Shown here: piece by piece, positions 37,408 through 49,900 of the stretch | Numbering within the stretch: the first letter of the stretch is position 1 | Layout: each line of letters opens with the position of its first letter | The notes under the pieces: generated by a model | Seen by the model: only the letters and a program-made list of their open reading frames with translations | The model's database searches: none | Told to the model about the DNA's origin: nothing | DNA from: Vermamoeba vermiformis | Lineage: Eukaryota | NCBI GenBank assembly: GCA_045837725.1 | Contig: JBEWZL010000064.1 | Span: forward strand, 1 to 64,000 | Length of the DNA: 64,000 bases | Reading direction: 5' to 3' | Made by a program: the position numbers and the translations under genes

Positions 37408-38156
37408 CGTTGTTTTCGACGCAGAAGGGACAAAAGAACAACTGCTTGCAGTTCGCTTGCACGAGACCAGAAGAGCACAATATTGTTTTTTCAGCTCTTG
37501 AGGGTTAATTTAGAACTTATTTAAACATTCGTGCGCATGCCAGAACAACGAAACTGTTTGCAATATTTCGCCATCAAGCCACAACTCCAGGTTAGATTGC
37601 AGTTACAAATAAGTTATTTCTTTGTTTTGAATTAAATTAAAATAATATCGATTATTTTGGCAAGAACGACGTGCGTTCTTTAGTGTTACAACACGCACGC
37701 CTTATTTATTTATTTTAAATGGAAGAATTTAAATCCACGAAAACTAGTAATTTAATTTTTTTGCCAGCCATCAAATATTCTCTTGACCGACCTTTGCTGC
37801 AAAAAATATTTATTTAATTTAATTTCTAAGGTTTACGCTAACGCACTGCTCATCGGAAGCTTGCGCAAGTAACATGATCCTTCTATTGACTTACCGTCTT
37901 ATTAATTATACCTAACGAATATGTAATGGCATGCATAGTATTTATCCGCTTTCCGATATATCTACACGTGATGCTCTCACGCGGATGAATTCTAAAATTT
38001 CCAAATCTGGCAAACACATCGTTTCGGCAATTTATCGCTAAATTCGATGGGTCTAATTTACAGTGATTCGTTCAATTTAAAGTTGAACACGTTTTTGGTC
38101 CAGTTATTATAGCTTTATCAACCGGAGCAGAACACCACACAAGCCGTCGTCGGATC

Positions 38157-40968
38157 ATGCTTCGAAACAACTCAACTACCATCCCTATTGTTCTGACAGT
38201 ACTATGTGCTATTGGAATGGTCTTAACTCAGACTCCAACAGGAACTACTACTGGCAGACAATGCTTGGACAGACCTCGTCCTGCAGGTAAACTTAATCAT
38301 TTACTTTACAGCCCGGTTCGGATCCGTTACTAACAGTTACACTTAAGGCTACTATGCTCGCAACAACATCACTATTGCAGCTAATGCCTGGACGAGCTCC
38401 ATATTAGGTGCTCAAATCGCCAACATTCTCTTGGACGAAGTTATCGGAATTCAAAACCAGATCTCGTTCGTCGACCAGATCGAGACTTGGGATCAAGTCT
38501 CTAAGGGCGAAATGCACATGTTACTCGAATACTGGTAAGTTTAATACAAGAAAATCAATTTGGAAGTTTTCTGCGCTGACAGTTGGATCTGACACATCCA
38601 TAGGCCTATAGATAGAGCAATCGAAGAAAAGAAGTACATCTATACCGACATGACGGTAACGTTTGCAGGACCAGTAGGCATGGTGGGCCAAATAGGTATA
38701 TAATTGTTGAATCCGGATTCTCGTGCGCGAAATTGCCGTTCCGTGTTTTTTATGTTTGCTTAGATGTAGATTGATTATGATCCGTATACTTTTAAACCAT
38801 TCATAAAGAGCATTAAGACGCTCGATAATTTAAAGTCATAATTGATTTCGGTGGAACCGGTGCGGAAATTTCTTGACATCCGGCTAAATATTGACACTTT
38901 AACCCTTGATAAATTGGTCAGAAATGGCTAACACTATGTTTTTCTAGGCTGGTACATCCCGCACTACGTCCTCAGCGATGTTCCTCGCGCCCTGTTCGGA
39001 GACTTCTCCGATCCACAAGTCTCTTCGTACTTCAACAACACGTTGATTATTGGCGACAGAGATTGGGTCGCCGTTGAAGACAAAATCATCGCGGATCAAA
39101 ATTTCTCCATTAGCATCGAATACTTAGCTAACGAAATGGAACTGACGTTGGAGATCGAGGATCGGTTTGCGCTGAAGAAACCGATGCTGTTTTACTTCTG
39201 GAAGCCTCACACGTTATCCAGTGTGTTCGACATGATGCGCGTGCAGCTGCCTAACGATTGTAAGTCTATTTATAGTATCTCGTGCGCGGTGGATCCTAAC
39301 TCCGTTACACGTGTAGCAATTTATTACCCGCCGCAGATCTTGGGCAAAATGATGTGGTCGAAACTCCCTCAATACAGTCCTGAAGCTGCTTATTTAGCTC
39401 AATCCTTCTCTTTAACCGACAATCAAATGACTGAGATGCTCAGCTTTTTGTACAAAAACAAATCCGTCTGGGACACCGCGTGCAAGTGGATCCAAGAGAA
39501 CGAACAGATCTGGGAGAACTGGATCCGTCCTTGTAAGTACACTCATATTGTTGTTGTCGAGATAACTGATGCTAATATCCTCTCATCCAATCAGCGTCGT
39601 ACAAAGAAGTCGGACTGGACCTTCAGACCTCCATGTGGGTGTTGAGCGGACTTTGTGTCATTTGCACCTTCTTCTATTTGATTGTCACTCTCAAGTAGTA
39701 CGTACTATACTCTATACAGCTCATTTGGATTGTCGAGACTAATGTCGAATCTAGTCGCAAGTCAAAGGTGATCATCGCATCGAGTGGTGTGTTCTTGATC
39801 TCAATGTGCATTGGAGGCATGTTGATGTTCGGCTCTGTCATTGCATTCGTCTCAAACACGATGATTGGGTGCAACTTGTTCATTTGGATGCTTCCTGTTG
39901 GTTTTGCATTGTTGTTCGGGTGAGTGTTTGACACTTTGACATTTTGACACTTGTGACGCGTGTCAAAGCATTACTGACCAACGTTATCATCAGCTCTTTG
40001 TTCGCCAAGACAGGACGCATCTATTTGTTGTTCTCGAACAAGTCACTTCAACTTGTCAAGTACACTGATCGTGATGTTGGCTTTGGTGTTGGAGTGATCT
40101 TGTTGGGTGAGTGTGTCATCTTGGCTGTGATGATGGGACTTCAACCTGCTTCATTCGAGTTCCAGAACGAAGGTGAGCAACAGTTCTCATTCTGCTTGTT
40201 CCACTTCCCCACTGGCATCACTCTTCTCGTGTTCAACGGCATCATTATGGTGTTCGGCATCATCATTTCAGCACTCGTGAGCAAGCTTCGACTGACACTC
40301 TACAACGAAGCGAAATACATTGGTTGGGCTGTAAGTATCATCTTTGAATGACTCTGGCATGTCGCATCCGAGTAGTTAACCAGTTGCATCCTATTCAGAT
40401 GTACAACTTCGGTTTCATCGTTATCTTTGTCGCAGTCATCTTCTTGGTGACAGATGTCATTGTTCGCTTCGCACTGCTGTGCTGCTGCATCTTGTTCTTG
40501 ACAATGACCTCGCTCAGTGTGCTGTTCATTCCAAAGATCAAACTGTTGTTCTCGTACACTGAAGAAGAACTCAGACAAATGAACGAAGCACAACTTCAAG
40601 CTGTGATTCAGCTCGTACACCAAGAAGTTTGCATCGTCGAGTGATCGCAAGAAGTCGACCAACAAGGGCACGACAACACGGGAAGCTTCAATGGCAGTGC
40701 AGGCAAGAGTGGCAGTGTGCCAATGTCAACAGGAGGCTCGTCATTCGAAGATGAAATGGCCAATCTTGCGAGCAGTGTGAAGTCAATGAGTGATCAGATC
40801 AAAGAACTCAAGAGTGAGAACAAAAAGCTGCGAGAGACAACGAGTGATGATTATCGATCGTTGTACGAGAAGTTCTATCACGAGAATATGATATTGAAGA
40901 ATGAAGTGTTTGAATTGCGCGGCAGACTAAAACTGTACGAGCAAGGCACACTGAGCCCTGAACAATAA
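38157..40968 (+). CDS. Class C GPCR with OpuAC/PBP2-like ectodomain, copy 3 (two extra A bases at ~40610 and ~40676 shift the tail frame)
   Basis: CLDRPRPAG-YYARN, WTSSILGAQIANILLDEVIG, LLEYW, GPVGMVGQIGWYIP, LFYFWKPH; 7TM nearly identical to copies 1 and 2. Confidence 0.85.
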
Positions 40969-41131
40969 CCGGCTAAGCCTTTTTTGTATACATTTCACTA
41001 GTGATCGTATCACTAAGTTTCCCTGTACTTTTAATTACAATTTATATAAATAAGCATTAAAGATTAAAGGTTGCACAACACTTCAAGCAACTATCAGTCA
41101 CATCGAACAATATCAAGTGAGTTATGTTCTA

Positions 41132-43380
41132 TTAAGTCAGCTTCTCCGTAATCCAATGCTGAGGTTTTGACAACCTCCATCGCGTGCCGTCAAACTCCTC
41201 GTAGAATATGATCACTTTGCCGAAGAACTGTTTGACTGGTTTTGGTACTGTCCACGCTATGTACTCGGCATTACCAGTCCCAGGCACCATATTGTAGTAC
41301 ATGTACGGTGTGTTGTATTCGGGCTTGACCTCCATAATGCCTTCCATGTTGTACAGAGTGAGCTCTTGACTGCCATGGACATACGAAACAATGTAATTCT
41401 TAACCTGTGACACGACATCAATTGCTTTTTGAATCAAATTTCTCTTTTTCTTTCTGGCAGCACTACTCTGGCCTTGATCCGCACAATAAATAATTCCGAA
41501 CCTACACATATTATATGCTCGTCAGAATAATGCTTAATCAATACTACGCCGTACCTCTGCTGCGAGTTCATTTTGAAGTACCGCGACACAAGCTTGTGCG
41601 TGCCAAGCCATGCACTAGCACGTGAAACGAGTTCATGGGCCTTGATCGCTATTGGTGTCTGCAACACATGTTACGTTGCAAGTAATGAAAATAAAATTAA
41701 GATTCTTACGCTCTTCTGTTCCTTTGTCTTCTCCACCAACAAAATTTCACACATATTGTTCACGTGCTCAAAGTCAATCAGCGCTGCACTGCTGCAGTAT
41801 TCTCCTGATGATAACAACCGGCCATCCTTCATCTAGCGCAAGTTATTAATGTCAAAAGTACGTAAGTAAGTAGCTACTTACAATATGCAAAGTCGGTTGA
41901 AAACTTTCACGGAGCTGCAGTGTGCTGAGGACAAGTCACTGCGATGGCTCAGTGCGATAGTCAACGAAGCTGATGTATTCTCCAGTGACCACTGCCAGCA
42001 CGCCACAGTACACTGTCATGCAGGAAATGCCGCCCTGGCAACGTTTTGAGTCCGTATTATTATAGTAGAGTATTACTTACAATAGTATACTCGTTGTAAG
42101 TTTTGAACTGCGCTGTCATCAAGTCAAATGCCCAAGCTAGTTCTCTGTGTGCAGGTGAATCGCGAGTGCTGCCGAACACGAAGGACTTGTGCGCACTCCT
42201 CAGCGTGGTCCAGTGGCGTGCATCGATGGGCAGTGGCACCTGCTCGCTGTCCTCGTGGCTGCTCGTGATGTCAAAGCAATGCAGCACGGACGCGCCCTCG
42301 GGCAATGCGTACACAAGGTTGCCGTGAAAGATGACGTTTGGCTCTCGCGACCAATCTTCTCGCACAGGCAAGTTGTCGACATGAAAACTCTTCACAATTG
42401 TAGTCTCGTTCATGTCGTACACGTGCAGTCTGGGCGCATCAACGATCACGATCAAATGTTGCAGTTGAGGATCGGAATTGCTGACTACTTTTCGAATGCA
42501 TTGTCCGGCTAATGACGCATATATGAAAAACATTATAGTCATAGTTATAATTAATAAGGCGGGCAGGGACTTACGAAGATTTTTTTTGAGCAATTTGTGG
42601 CCAGGTACTTCAGACACTGCCGTCACCTCATAGTAGCTGTGCTCGTTGTACCCATTCCTGTACTTATAAGTACCTTGTGTCATATCCATATTATTGAACT
42701 GTATCTTCCGCGATGTGACCTACGTGTTCAGCAAGCCGATCTCCTATCACGACAAGTCTTTTTTGGGGGGGTCGGCCCCCCCTCTGCTTCCTGTCGCGTA
42801 TCGATGTTTAATATAACTGCGTGGTCGTGATAATCCTCGAGATCTTACCTTAAATAGAAATCAATTGCTGCTAAGTATATTAAATTAATTCTGTTTTACC
42901 CTTCGTTAATGGAGCGTATCCAGTTCACTACTAAATGGCTCGGATCTTTTGCATATGATTCCCTTGTAAAAATGCAGGTATCATCCAAAACACTTAACGC
43001 GCAAGCTTGAACAAGTGCTCTAAATGAAAAAAATTTCAATACATCCAATTACCGATCACTCTAATATTTTAACAATGCTCTGTACCTTGCTTTCCGAATA
43101 TTGTAATTTATTGCGCTATATTTTGAAGCTAATTCACGCCAATTTGAATTTTCATCAAAAAATTCGAGATCGAACGAGCGGAGGCAAGCTTCCTAAGACT
43201 AACTCAGCTCCAAAATAATTAAATATGCATACTTACTCGCCATGTCCTTGGATTGAGCAATTTTGCCTGAATTTCTTTTGAAACCAAATACAAACTAAAC
43301 AAATCCGCTATGGAAACGTAACTGAATATTAATTCGTTCACCTCCTGCGGAAGGGAATTTACAATTGAATTGTGCTCCAT
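41132..43380 (-). CDS. F-box protein, family copy 3
   Basis: MEHNSIVNSLPQEVNELIFSYVSIADLFSLYLVSK...TWR; C-terminal KPEYNTPYMYY...FYEEFDGTRWRLSKPQHW. Confidence 0.8.
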
Positions 43381-43519
43381 ATTGCCAGTACAACAGAACA
43401 AATAAATAAATTAACAAGACATCAAAAATTGACGTGTAAAGCAATGCTTGTTTTATTATTGATTTATTGCATGAAACTGCAATGAATCATTCAAGTGCCT
43501 GTAACAAATAAATGAACTG

Positions 43520-46509
43520 TTACAACAAAGAGGTGTGTTGTTTTATTGTAATAACGATCGTTCCATCAGGGGTTACGATAGAACCATCGGGGACGGTAAT
43601 GACAGAACGGTCATCTACCATGTACATATTAATCTCTGGTAAGACAATTCAAGTTAAAAGTTAATTAACTTACATGTGAATTTTTGCTCAGCTTGTCGGC
43701 TGTAGCTGTCAAAAGCCTTGAAAATCACTTCATTGGCACCGAGGTTAAGATTCGTCTTGGGAATATGGAATGTCATGACACCATCAGCAGTCAACTCTCT
43801 GAACGTAGCTTCAAGCTTGCCATTGATCCATACTTCTACGTACCACACGTGCAAGTCGTCCGAAAACAACAATGTTTCCACAAAATATAAGTTCGTTTCT
43901 GCAGAATTCACTGACGTAATGGTCGGTGCCTCCGAGTCTTCAATAGTATTGATTAATGTGAACTCTAAGTTCTTCATCGTATCAGTAAATGGAACAGTTT
44001 CGATGGTGGAATTGTATTTCGTGGAAAATAGAAGCAGTTTCAAAATGTGCTGTCCAGCGGCCAGTTGAACGTTGTTTAAGTTGACTGTCACGGTATTGGA
44101 ATCATTTTTCTTCGGAACAGAACTTGGTTCGCCGATCTGTTGGCCGTCCAGATAAAACGTGACGTTAAATTCGTCGGTTGGCGGCAATACCATGTTCCAC
44201 ACCACGGAGTATATTCCGCTGGTGGTAATATTGACGGTATACTTCATCCAATCACGATGTCTCATGGCAATTGTCGCCAAGTCATAAATTCGCGTGTCAA
44301 TCTGAGATTAAACACTGTTATTAACGCTAAAAGAAAAAAGAAAAAGCACTCGGAGACATTCCAAATATAGAAATATTGCATGTGACTTACGGCAGAATCT
44401 GGTCGGGACCAATGGAAGTATGGCTTAGTGACTGCAGAAAAAGATCCGACGCCATCCCCGCCGTAATCAAATTGCACGCACTCGAGGCGACCTGGCAACG
44501 TGTTCGTTTGGTTCATAAACAATGATCGATCAGGGGTCAAAAAAGTTCCGACACTCGATGTTACAGTGTTGCCTTTCGGATCCACCAAAATGGCTCTACA
44601 AGTTGTTAGAAGCTTAATTCCTAGGAGTACGGTGATGCTTATTTAGGGGCTTACTGATACATGTATTGCGTGCTGCTTTGAAGTTCACCAATGTATTCCT
44701 TGTGGAACTTTTTGGGAAATTTCGAAGTCAAAGAATTCTCTTCCACGGACAAAATTCCGTATTTGAAGGTCATTCTAGCCGCTGCGGAATATTTAATATT
44801 AGTTACTCAGCTTTTATAGATTTTCAACTTACTTTCAATGCCGCTCAAGACCAGATCCACCCAATGACCTTCATGTTCGTTGTGTCGGATTGCCAAACTT
44901 GCAATTTGCGGAATTTCATTGTCGACCGCACTTTCTTTTTGTGCGAGTGGCTGGTACAACGGATCACCCACGTGGAGCGAATTCCAACCGAGGTAGATCG
45001 TGGCGAGGGAAGCTGCCTCGGCAAAGCTGTAACCACGCAGCAAATAATAGATGACCGTCGAACCGCGTGGGTGAGCTTCGATGTATGGCTCGCCGATGGC
45101 TCCGCTGACAGAAGTTACTAAAAAAGGAAATTTGTTATTATTACCGAAAAAAAGTTAGCGGATGTACCTCCAGCTTGCAATGACTTGGGCGCCGAGTGCT
45201 TCACTAAACGTGGTGTGCGCACTGAATAAAAACTGACCGAATTTAGGTCGCACGCATAGGAGCCTGTCAAACCAAAAAAGGTTACAATAATTATCATCCG
45301 AGACTAAAACAGTTTTTACCTGGCAACCAATCGTAAACATCGACGTAGAAATCATAAGAGTACCAGCCCGAGTAAAACAAGGCTTCGGGTGCGGTAATAG
45401 CGGGAGTTCCATCGGTCCAAAACGCGCCTGCTTGTCCGATCTTAGCTCCGCCTACAAAAAAAAAAGGCTATGTTAATGTTCATCACTATAATATATAATC
45501 TTCATTATATTATTACGGCTTTCCCAATTATAAGGCAGCGATAAGTTCTGCAGCAAGGTTATTACGCTAGCAATACATCCATCTCCGTCAGTATATTGAT
45601 AACACCCTCCGGAAGTCACATCTATATAGCACTCTATATTAATATCATGGCATGCTTATGGACGGCAAAATTTAACGTACAAGGCAGTTGGCGAGCCTGC
45701 TCTAGATCAGTCACCAACCCAGTAGTATCAATGTAGACGTTGCCCCAAAACGTATCTGAACGTAGAATATCAATACAATTTCGTATCTAAGCGTGACGCT
45801 AAGGTACCTCGATCAATATACTTCTCGGCGTAGACGGCGTTGGAGATCAAATTAAATTTGTCGTACAAACCATACGGGCCATCTATTCGTGTAACCAAAT
45901 AGAATTCTGGTATCATAGTTAGACATAAATCATATTTAAGCAATAATTACTATCCAAACTGGGATTCGCTCGATCAAAACGAGGTACGTCTGGAGAGTAC
46001 GTCGGATTTGCATGAAAATAGGGGTTTCTCTCGCTCTGTCGGAATTTCTGATTTGGACCATCCGGTACTACAGTCGCTTCACCAGATAAGAACTTGAACG
46101 GACGCATTAGAACGGTATCAATGCTGATGTCGATTCTCGAAACAGAACTTTCGCTTGCTATGTAGGGAAGAGGCCACATCACTGCTATAACATCGATAGT
46201 ATCGGGTCCTATACTATTCAGCCTGTCGACGACTCGTTGTAGCAGCGAGACTTTCACGTCCGACAAAGTCGGATTTTGGGAAGTGTAGTTAATCTCGAGC
46301 AGATTCGCTAAAGGGACGCTTCGTGCATCTGCATAGAATTGTGCCAGTTGAAAAGAGTCTTGCACTCCATTTAGATCTTCATCTTCGGTGAAAGTTCCGT
46401 CGTACACGATTAAAACACGAGCCGGATTGAGCCGCTGTTGCGTCGTAGAGTAAGAGCCGATCACGGCGCCTACTAATAACAGCAAAACGAAGAAGTGTGT
46501 TGTTAACAT
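43520..46509 (-). CDS. Secreted TIGR03790-like protein with CBM6/35-like and Ig-like C-terminal modules
   Basis: Signal peptide; RVLIVYD...DSFQLAQFYADARSVPLANLL, SIDTVL, NPYF, YLVTRIDG, LFYSGWY, GAIGEPY, LLRGYSFAEA, VGDPLYQP; LPGRLECVQFDYGGDGVG and DWMKYTVNITTSGIYSV (CBM6-like); DSEAPTITSV. Confidence 0.72.
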
Positions 46510-46968
46510 TGTTCAAGTCAATAATATTGCATAAATTTAGCTCAGTCAGAATAATTCCAGAATTCTGACCATTTTAGACACCCCAGTGCGTATCTACCTC
46601 TGTTACCAATCCCGCTTTCCAAATCCGCTCCGACCTCGTTGTTCACCCACAATCGTTGTTACTATATAGTATACTATTTTTAGTTGCAACGCTTTAGATG
46701 ACGGATTAACTAGCGTAAAGAATTGGTACGAGAGCCTCATGGTAAGATGTCACGAGCAGAACTCAGAACTCGCTTACGAAAAACTGATTAGTTTGAGGAA
46801 TAGTAGTCCAAAATCGCCACCACCATGTTTAATGAGCTAGAGTGCACTTACTACTATCCGAGGAATAAGAGCCACAGCGTCCTGAGCGGAGATACCGATA
46901 ATAAAAATCATTAGCCACTTGATTTGCCCCAATTATCACAAATATTATTGCATGAATCGGTAAGTTAA

Positions 46969-49900
46969 TTATTTCTGCTTTGATTTGTTGCCTTTTTTTG
47001 ACCTCGCTCCCTTCTTTGCGCTCTTTTGTTTCTTGATTTGGTGCGCGGAGTTCTGAACAATGTCGTCCATCATGCCTTCTTCATCATCCTCGCCGTCATC
47101 GAGCTCTGATAAGAAGCCAGTGCCATCGTATGTGTTCGGCGTAACTGTCTCAAATTTAACGACGTGCAAGTTGCTCGGGATCTGCCATCGTGGGTCACTT
47201 GCCACTTTAGGATATTTCTTCAGCGCTTCAGATTTGAGTTCAGCAGCGTCGTATGAAATGATGTCATAAGTATCAAAGTGCTTCGCCATTTTGGTTTTGA
47301 AGGGTGATTTGGTCAACATTAAGTGCAGGATCCATATCGCTGAGCCCAATGAAGTGCCGTCAATCTTCTTCGCGTTGTAAATGCACGTGCAAACTGTCAC
47401 AATCATCGTCACTTGCATATTATACACGTTGCTGCCGAGTGCTTCTCTAGCCAAGGGATCATTCGTCTGCAAGATCATGTCGAGCATGGTTTTGACACGT
47501 GTCAAGAGATGTTCAGCTTGCTCTGGGTGGTACTGTAACAAGTCATCAACGAGCTCTTGAATGCCAGAGGACTCGGAACTAAATTGATCGCCATCTCCAT
47601 CGTCGAATGCATTGACAATTTGTTTCATGAAAATTGCGTTGTCAAATATCAACCAGAAGAGGCGCAAATACTCTGCAGTGTCTTTGTAGAATTTCGACAT
47701 CTTCAACTTATGCAAAGAGTGGAACAACTGTGCGCCCTTCCAATAAAAGAAAAGGTCTTTTTGCGCGACAATGAACGGCTCTAACTCCTTCAGTTGGCGC
47801 ACCAGATTTTGACACGAAAAGTCTGGGAAGCGTGTGTTGAGGCACCCAATCAAGTTTAGGCCTCGGTTGGAGAATGTTGCGCTCCATTGCATGAAGCCTG
47901 GATTTGGTTGAGTTAAAAACATATCTCAAGGTACCGCGTTGTTTCGACTTACAGAAATCCAAGTAAATGTTACTCCACATCAACATGTATTCTCGTAGCT
48001 TCGGATACAATGGCAGCTCCGCAGCATTAAATGTAAGTATAGGCCTAATATTATTCAAAAAGAAGTCTTCTTCCTCTTCCGTCAAGCGAGGATCCGCCTG
48101 TTATTATCAGTTAGAAAGTACTTCATAAAATACATTTACTTACGCCCCAGTCCCAGTCGTAAGTCATCCACGCTGAAATAAATGCATTGGCCTCTTCATA
48201 ATCTTTTTCGGTGTCTTGAGGATCCGCATCCAGAAGTTCAAACGCGATGGATGTGTCGAGCGGAATGAACTGTACTTCATCATGTTCGAGCGCTAGAACA
48301 CGCTGAAATAGTGCTGAGAGATAATGAAGTCGATTATAATGGAAGTCGAAGTTTGACAGGTGTCTCGAACTCGACGTGTAAGCGCTCATGATCGACACAT
48401 CGGACTTTAACAATTTAGGCTACAAACAACTCGGTTAATATTGAAATCGCTCTATAGTGTCGGCGTATATCAAAGTACCTTAGTGACAATCTTCTGCCAG
48501 TCCTTGTACAACGTGTCCAACTCGTCAAAGACAGGTGTCAACAAGCGATCGCTCTTCTGCATTCGACGCATTGTATCCCATATATGCTTGATGCACAAAT
48601 TAAATATACTACGTTGTTTTCTCGTGTATAGGTAGTACGTGACAGTAGCCAGTGTTTTTTCAAGACCAAATCGCAAGTCTGTCAGGCAATGCAAATAGAC
48701 AATTGCGTGCAACGCGAATCTAATCGATATCAACGCGAGATCCTACAACCATTATTAATTCGCTTTATCTGTGAATATAACTCAGCTTACCTTGTCGTAC
48801 GTAGCTGCCAATGCTGTCGAAGACAACTGCAATCCAACCACGATGAGATTGTGCAACTCGTCCCAGAGCCCGTGTGTTGAAGAGTAACTTGGACTGCGTA
48901 ACATCAGCGCATCGAATTGGTTGCACAACATCCATGCCCACGAGTCCATATGTGCTAAAAATACATCGTCAGTAATATTCGTGGTAATGAATAACGTACC
49001 ATTGATTTTGTTCAGTAACGCAGGCGAGCTCTTAATTGCCTTGGTAAGTGCGTCTCTTGCTTGCTGGCCAACAGCGTCCTTCACCGATGCATTTGTACGA
49101 GAGAATCCGTAGGCATAGAAAAATCCTGAAATGGACCAATCATAAAGCACGGCTGAACTATCTGGGAAAGCCTCCACAACTTCTTTCAACTTGTCGAACA
49201 CTTGAACACAAATGCTTTCTTTGCGCTGCGACCATTTACGCTTGAACAACTCCAACATGGTGCGTGCCAAGTTGAATCTAAAAATACAGTTAGAAAATGA
49301 ATATCACACTTGAGCGTACCGATAGATAAACGAGTTTGGCGTGAGGCTAATCGCATTTTGGAACCGTGTTCGTGCGTGATGCAGCATGGACACTTGTTTC
49401 TCAACTTTGACACTCGACTTCCAGTCTTTCATCTTCAACACCTGTTTGACCAATCATTAACAATTGCGTCTTTATAACAACCATCGTACCTTTAATAACG
49501 ATGCTATTCCTGTTGCATAGTCGATGAAGCTCGTGTACTTGACTTTGTGTTTGATGGCTGTGATGTCTGAATCCACGAACTCAAATTCGCACTGTCTCTT
49601 GTTCATTTCAATGCCTTTCAACGACTTGAGTGTCTTCAGCTTCAAGTCAACGCCTTTTTTGAATACTGCCGAAATGTTCAACTTCTGCTCGCTCGGTGGC
49701 TTGCTTTCTATATTAGGCAACAGCAAATCTGATTCGCGCTTCATTTGCAGCTCTTTGGCAATGTTCTCGCGCTGATGTGTTTCGAGAATATCGAGCGATC
49801 TTTCTGACACTTCAATGCCCGTCAGCTCGCAGAATCTCACGACTAAGTGTGAAGAATTCAATTGCAAGTGATGATATAGTGATACATTGTTATCTTTTTC

